Below the pieces are notes generated by a model. That model saw nothing but the letters and a program-made list of their open reading frames with translations. It had not been told where the DNA came from and searched no databases. A DNA stretch of 57,763 nucleotides from Jimgerdemannia flammicorona (taxonomy: Eukaryota). The stretch lies in assembly GCA_003990765.1 (NCBI GenBank), contig RBNJ01000018.1, positions 1 to 57,763 on the forward strand, in the 5' to 3' direction. Shown here piece after piece: positions 50,701-57,763 of this stretch; positions within the stretch are counted from its first letter, which is position 1; each line of letters begins with the position of its first letter. Both the position numbers and the translations under genes were made by a program.

Positions 50701-53060
50701 ATTGTTCTTACTCCAAAGAAAGGAAGCAAGCCTGGAGAGTTTGCCCCAAGACTCTATATTAATTACAGAAAGCTCAATGTAATCACCAAGAAAGATAGAC
50801 AGCCCTTGCCAAATATTCAAGAAATCCTTATCACTCTTAGAAGTAAAGCCAAATACTACACCACCTTGGATCTGTTCTCAGGCTTCCATCAGATTGGTCT
50901 CACTCAAGATACCAGTGAGAAATCAGCTTTTATTACATCTGATACTATCTATGTCTACCTATGAATGCCAATTGGAATATGCAATACTCCAGCAAGTTTT
51001 CAGTAAATGATAAATAGAGTCTTCAGTAATGAAATTAAAAAAAAGCTCTTTGTCTATATTGATAATATGATCATCTTCAGCAATACTATGGGAATATATC
51101 AACCACATACAGCTAGCCTTCAAGAAGCTCAAGGAGTATGGCCTCTACATCATGCCCAAGAAGTATACATTTATAGCTTAAGAAATTACCTACCTAGGAC
51201 ATATCATCAGCCAGACTGAAATTCATATGGACCCTATGAATATTGAGGCCATTGCAGTCTACCCAAGATCCAGAACAACTATAGAAGTCTATGCCTTCCT
51301 TGGACTGGCCTCCTACTACAGAAGATTCATCAAAGGATATTCTAATATTACAGTACCTATCTATGAGCTATTGAAGAAGGAGATCAAATTCAAATAGACT
51401 AAGGAATGTCAAGTAACCTTCAATAAACTTAAGATCAGATTGACCCAAGCACCCATCCTCAGAAGACCAGATTAGAACCTAGAGTTCATCCTGTAGATAG
51501 ATACAAGTATTATAGGACTTGGAGCAGTACTAGCTCAGAAGAAAGATGGACACAAATATCTCATCTCCTATGTAAGCCAAGATATCTATAGAGTAGAATA
51601 GAACTATGAGCCATGTAAGCTTAAATGCTTAGCATAGTCTAGGCAGTAGACAAGTTCCACTACTATCTAGCTGGGAAATACTTTACTATTAAAACAGACC
51701 ATTCTGCTCTTGCCTGGCTATTCCACACTCTGAATTCCAAAGGAATATATACCAGATAGATCTACAGACTGCAAGAGTATAACTGTACTGTTAAATACTG
51801 CTCAGGAAGAACTAATACCAATACTGATGCACTTTCAAGAACACCCCAAAACACCCCCATCAAGACTATTTAACATAAATAAGAAGCTATACTATGGATT
51901 AATCAGCTACCTTAGACAGTGGAAGATGCTCAACTATCTTAAACCCTGGACTATTACCATCATCAACTAGACTTGGAAACAATTTGAACTAGATAACACT
52001 ATACTCAGGAAAAGAGGAAAGCTTGGCATACTTAAATATAAGAAGTATTAAGTAATAAAGGAAGTATATGAACAAGGATACCTAGAAGGAACCAATATAT
52101 ATGACAAGGTAAGAAGAACTATATAGTGGTCTAAGATAAAAGAAGACTTATTAAAGAGTATGATAAGTACCAAAAACAGAAATAAGATCAGCAAGACCAG
52201 ATACCCAGATTATTAAGAATTGAATCTATCTCCTTTCACCACATTGCAATAGACATTATTGGACTACTATCAGAAAATTACTATATTATAGTTATTGTAG
52301 ATCTCTTTACCAAATAGATAAAAGCAGGAGTATTACAAGAAGCTAATGCTCTCTCTATTGTTGACTTCCTGTACCAAGAAATCATCTGCCACTATAAGAT
52401 ACTAAGGCAAATCACCACAGACCACAGTACAGAATTTGTCAACAGATTCTATGAGATAATGTATCAGAAATACAAAATTCAGCATATCAAGACTATCACA
52501 TATTACTTTTAAGACAATGGACAGACAGAAAGAACAAACAAGACCCTTAAGAAAATCCTGACTAAGATCTCAGATATATATGAGAATTGGAATAACTATC
52601 TCTCAAATATCCTCTCCATTCTATGAGATATATATATGGTCACAGAGTACATACTTTACCCCAAGAGAACTACTCTTTGGAGAAAAAGATTCTGATAGAA
52701 TCTCAGCTACAAATCTAGACCTAACTTGGTGATAAATTGACTCAGAAATCCAGAGACTACACCAAATCAGGAAGAAGATAGAAGATTACATCATCAAGTC
52801 ACAAGTACTAATAAGAAAGAATGCAGAAAATAATTACAAGACCCTAGAACTCATTCAAATCAGAGAAAAAGTTCTACTATATCAAAATATAGTAGAAGTC
52901 TTATAGTTATGAAAACTAGAGCCCAAATAGGAAGGACCCTTCTATATATAAGATATAAAAAGAACTATCTTCTGGCTTAGAAAACTCTCAGAAACTATAC
53001 TGCCTACTATAGTATACAGGAATAGACTCAAGAAGTACTATAAATCTATATAAGAGAAGT
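47790..53060 (+). pseudogene. pol: Family A gag-pol of copy A4 (PR-dUTPase-RT-RH-IN)
   Basis: IIDTSAEG ~49290; dUTPase ORF 50020-50538 (GKQGFRST); RT ORF 50650-50964; colinear with A2. Confidence 0.9.
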
Positions 53061-53466
53061 AAAATATAATGACCATCTATGAGATTCTAGTCTGTAAATC
53101 ATAATAGTATATTCTATAACTAGTAGGTAATCTGTCTGGACTATTCTCTAAAGGATACAATACTAGTAACTACTCATCTGTGAGACTTTCAAAGCTCGAG
53201 GAGTTCAAACTGTCAACTGATTGGTCAAGATCAGAATCAGGCCCTTGCTCTATATAAAGAGAGCTACTTTTCACCATTATACCAAAATATATAAGAAAGA
53301 TATCAGTCTATAAACACCACTTTTTGACCCCCTGCCAGAGGTTATGAGATCAGAAAATTTTCAGACTGAACCAATGAATAAGGACATTTAAGAGAAGATT
53401 CTTATTTAAGAAGAAAATGTAACAGTGATCTCAGAATGATAATATCATTATAGGAGACAGCCTTTC

Positions 53467-56400
53467 TGTAACATTTTAGCATAGTTTATTTCTTTTCTTT
53501 GTCTTTCTTCAATATTCTATGACCTTCCAGTACTTTCTGAATACTTAGAAATCCTTTCTTAGTACTGAGCAACCTCTAGTACTTATTTAGCTAGTCACTG
53601 AATGTCCTGGAAACTTGTAGAACTTTATTTGTCATCATTTGTCATCTTTGCCGAGAACTTTCCTCTTGGCATTTTTCTTTGATTTCTCAGATCCTTCCGG
53701 ATCCTTCTTTCAGATCTTATATAAATATCCCCTTTGTTCTCATGAATAAAGTCTCAGAATATTTTCTCCCAGAAATCCTTCAAGAATACTTGAATCTCTT
53801 CAAGTTACTTAGAACCACCAGAACTAATTGCTTCCTCATTTAGAAACTAGAACCATTACACTTAGTAGCAGTGGTTAAGTTACACCTAGCCTTATCAAGA
53901 CACCTCTCAAGATATCAATCACAACACTATGGAGGACAATGAGTGGAACTCTTCATATAGTACCTACAGTTCAGGCAATACCTCATACAATCAGTAAGAA
54001 GAAGAGGAACAGCAAAACCCTACTCAGTCAAATGGGGCCATTGAGAGTCTTTTGCAGACTGCATTAGCTCAGATTGCTCAACTTCAAGAATGCATAGAAA
54101 GAAAGGAAAGCAAGGCCTCTGCTCATACCTCTGTACCTCTACCAACATTAATATATCCGACAGCAGTCACTATCAAGCCTCAGAAGCCCAACACTTTTGA
54201 TGGTCAAAGAGGAGGACTGTCTACTGATGCCTGGCTTTTCCAATTGGAGCAATACAGAGAACTGACCAATTTGGAAGAAGCAACACTAGTCCAATTTGCC
54301 GCCACACTCCTCTGAGGAAATGCTGTAATCTGGTGGTGAAATCATGTCCAGAATACCAGATTCTCTGGCCAAATCAAGACCTGGGGCAAATTCTTTGATG
54401 CTATTCAAGGCCAATTCAAACCAGTCAACAGCACCAAGGCTGCATGAGACCATCTAGCAAATATCAAGCAACTCAAGTCAGTACAAGTATACAATGCACA
54501 ATTCCTGTCAATCTTGCTAGAATTACCACATATCACTGAAGACAAGAAGGTCAACAAGTACATCTGAGGTCTGAAAGGTCAAACCTGAGTTCGTATCAAA
54601 CTAGAAGAACCCAAGGACCTAGATACAGTAATGAAAATTGCTGATAGGTTTGATGTCATCACCTATGGTCGCCACTTTGAATAGAAAAGACTGCCTTTTA
54701 ACAATAACAACAACCACAAAAGGAAGGAACCCAAAGTCAGAACTGTTGGACCTGCCCCCATAAACCTAGACACCATCAACAAGAGCAAGAAAGGCAAGCT
54801 TACACCTGAGGAAAAGGAGTGCCTCAAGAAGGCTGGAGTCTGCTTCTTTTGCCATCAGCCTGGTCACATTGCAACCAAATGTCCCAAGAAAACTGCTGAA
54901 CCAAAGAGGATCCAGATTCTGTCCAAAGACACTCAAGGTCAATTAGTTGAACAAAAAGTCATACTCAATTTCATGCAAGTCAACCCCAAGGCCCAGATCC
55001 CTCAAGTACAATCAGAAGGAGCCATTTGTTTGGACCTTCAAGCAGTACAATAAGTCACTATTCCTGCACATGAAAGAAGGCTCATTCCAACTGGCCTTTC
55101 AGTCAAAATTCCCAAGGAACATTATGCAAGAATTGTACTAAGATCTGGCCTCAGTTTCAAGCACTCATTGGATGTTGGTGCTGGAGTCATTGACCCTGAC
55201 TTCTGAGGTGAAATGCAAGTCCTGCTAGTCAACCACAAGAACCAACCATACACCATCAATGAAGGTGACAGAATTGCACAGCTCATTCTGGAGCGAGCCA
55301 CCCTATCAGTCATCAAAGAAGTCACCAAGCTGTCTCCAACCAAGTGAGATCAGAAAGGCTTTGGCAGTACTGACAAAGTTACAAGCATAGCTGAGAACTG
55401 AGCCAATTCAATGCTCATTTTCAAAGATCTAGTCAAGGGACAAGAGCTAGATGTTCTCATAGACAGTGGAGCTGTTGGGAACTTCATCAACAAGAACCTC
55501 ATCAACAAGCTCAAGATTCTCACCAAACCAGCTGGCAAGAATGGTAGAGTTGTCACTGCAGATGGTACCACCTTACCAATCGACTCAATTGCCACTAAAC
55601 TTCCCCTCAAGATCCAGAAGTACTGGGAACATTTAGATTTCGAGGTAGCACCACTAGGAGACCATGACCTGATCCTAGGCAAACCCTGGCTTACACGATA
55701 CAACCCTCAGATTGATTGGACCAAGAATGAAGTCACCCTAATTCAGGATGGAACCAACATTACTATCAAGCCAGACAAGACTCAGATGAAAACCCCAATT
55801 GCTACCCTTTTGGCAATTCAGTTCAAGAAGGCCCTCAAGAAAGCTACTTGTGCCTTTGTGGCACTGATCCAACCAAAGAAAGAAGACAAGAAGCTATCAA
55901 TTAGTGAAAGCATCAAGTTACTGCTAAACAAGTACAAGGATGTCTTCCCAGACAAACTACCTGGTCTACCACCTTCAAGAGACCATGACCATGAAATCAA
56001 GTTGGTACCTGATGTAGCTATACCTAAGAAGAAAATGTACCACATGTCTCCACTCGAAATTGAAGCAGTCAAGAAGGAACTCAATGAACTCATTGAGCAA
56101 GGGACCATTCAGCCAAGCAAGTCACCCTTTGGCTCCCCAGTCCTATTTGTCAAGAAAAAGGATGATACTCTGCAAATGTGCATAGACTACTGAGCACTCA
56201 ACAAGATCACAGTCAAGAACCATTATCTGCTACTGCTCATAGATCAAATCTTTGATGCTCTCAAAAATGCAAAGTACTTCACTAAGATTGATCTCACCTC
56301 TGGGTATCACCAAATTCAAATCAAGCCAGAAGACATATCCAAGACTGTCTTCATGACACCCTTTGGACTCTACAAATTTCTAGTCATGGCCTTTGGTCTC

Positions 56401-57625
56401 ACCAATGTGCCAGCAACCTTTCAAGATCTCATGCAAACTGTCTTCAAGAACCAGCTCTATATCTTTGTACTTGTATATATTAATGACATCCTGATCTTCA
56501 GTAGCACTGAAGAAGAATATCTCAAGCACATCAAACAAGTCCTCAAGATCCTCCGTGAGAACAAGCTCTATGCAAAGCTCAAGAAATGTGAATTTTTCAA
56601 GGATCAAGTCGAATACCTTGGACACAAAAGGAATTCAAGTAGATCTAAGAAAAATACAAGCTATTGAACAGTGGCCTGTACCAGCAAACCTCACTGAACT
56701 TAGGTCCTTTCTTGGTCTGGCTAGATACTACTATCAATTTGTCAAGAACTTCTCTGGCATTGCAGAATCTTTGACAAACCTCCTGCAAAAGGAACCCAAC
56801 TCTGACCTCTATGTCCCCTACATCTGGGATGCTTTCTGTCAACAAGCTTTTCAAGAACTCAAGAACCACCTGATCCATGCACCTGTCCTTAGAAACATGG
56901 ACCCAAAATTGAAGTTCATGGTTACTACAGATGCATCTAACTTTGCCATTGGTGCAGTCATTTCTCAAGATGATGGTCAAGGACACCGACCTATTGCCTT
57001 TGAGTCAAGAAAATTGTCCCCAGCAGAACAAAAGCTGGCTACTCATGAAAAGGAACTCCTGGCAATCATGCATGCCCTCAAGACCTGGTGACACTATCTA
57101 GAAGAAGTTGAGTTTGATATGATCACTGATCACAGGTCCCTTCAGTACATTAACACTCAACCAACCCTTTCTTGCCAACAAGCCAAGTGGAGTCAACTAC
57201 TTCAGACCTTTACCCCAAACATCATCTACAAGCCCAGCAAAACTCTAGTTGTACCAGATGTACTATCAAGAAGACCTGATCTTGCCACAATCTTACAAGT
57301 CACTGTGGCACCTGAATTCCTCAATCAGATCAAGAAGGCATATGAACAAGACTCTCTGGTTCTACAAAGGAATACCAAGGAATTCAAGGAAAAGTACACC
57401 ATCAAGGACAACCTCGTGTACTATCAAGACAAAGTATATATTTCTGCCAACTCTGAACTATGGTACAAGATTCTTTATGAACATCATGACTCTCCACTAG
57501 CTGGTCACCTTGGAACTGAGAAGACCATAAAAAATATCCAACAAGACTACTACTGGCCAAACATGCTTAAGGAAATCAAGGAGTATGTCCAAAGCTGCGA
57601 TCTTTGCCAAGAAACAAGTCAAACA
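53467..57625 (+). mobile_element. Family C Ty3/Gypsy element, 3'-truncated within integrase
   Basis: 394-bp LTR 53467-53860 (TGTAAC...ATTACA); PBS TAGTAGCAGTGG ~53863; sequence breaks off after the integrase HHCC motif. Confidence 0.9.
53929..57625 (+). pseudogene. pol: Family C single-frame gag-dUTPase-PR-RT-RH-IN(N-term)
   Basis: KPQKPNTFDG; CFFCHQPGHIATKC (54841); dUTPase RSGLS..GAGVIDPDF*G..RIAQL..GFGST (54950-55370); LIDSGAVGNF; YINDILIF; TTDASNFAIG; HDSPLAGH...CDLCQ; frameshift near 56625. Confidence 0.92.
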
Positions 57626-57763
57626 ACATACCTTTCTCAGCTAACATTCACATTACACACACTTTACAACACACTTTCAAGTCGTTTATTGGAGAAAGGT
57701 GATAAGGAAATGGCAAACAACAAGTTCTCTGGGGTGCGTACTTTTTTTTTTTTTTTTTTTTTT

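Larger units (their letters stand above)
33876..53466 (+). mobile_element. Family A element copy A4: 5' LTR split by element B, 3' LTR interrupted by element C
   Basis: 5' LTR = 33876-35301 + 47534-47733; PBS ~47736; internal 47734-53417 colinear with A2; 3' LTR starts TGTAACAGTGATC at 53418 and breaks at 53466. Confidence 0.88.

Overview
Eukaryotic, probably fungal, transposon cluster. Almost the whole window is a nest of decayed LTR retrotransposons: four Ty3/Gypsy families (here called A, B, C, D), all carrying a dUTPase, and one Ty1/Copia. It also holds two MITE-like DNA elements and a poly(A)-tailed retroposed insert. Old elements are heavily C->T/G->A mutated and CpG-depleted. Only about 27-1400 and 18360-21800 look like host DNA, the latter with an inverted pair of small MGNTxS-starting ORFs. 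The main finding comes from hand-translating through the transition-derived stops. Three different Gypsy families share an apparently homologous, unannotated accessory ORF at their 3' ends (motifs YxIGxL ... AK/RxxxLF ... L ... LS). In family D it lies between the chromodomain and the PPT. In families A (1.57-kb LTR) and B (2.06-kb LTR) it lies inside the LTR, and family A spreads it as solo LTRs. No intact host gene, RNA gene or CRISPR array could be supported. All alignments were made by eye.
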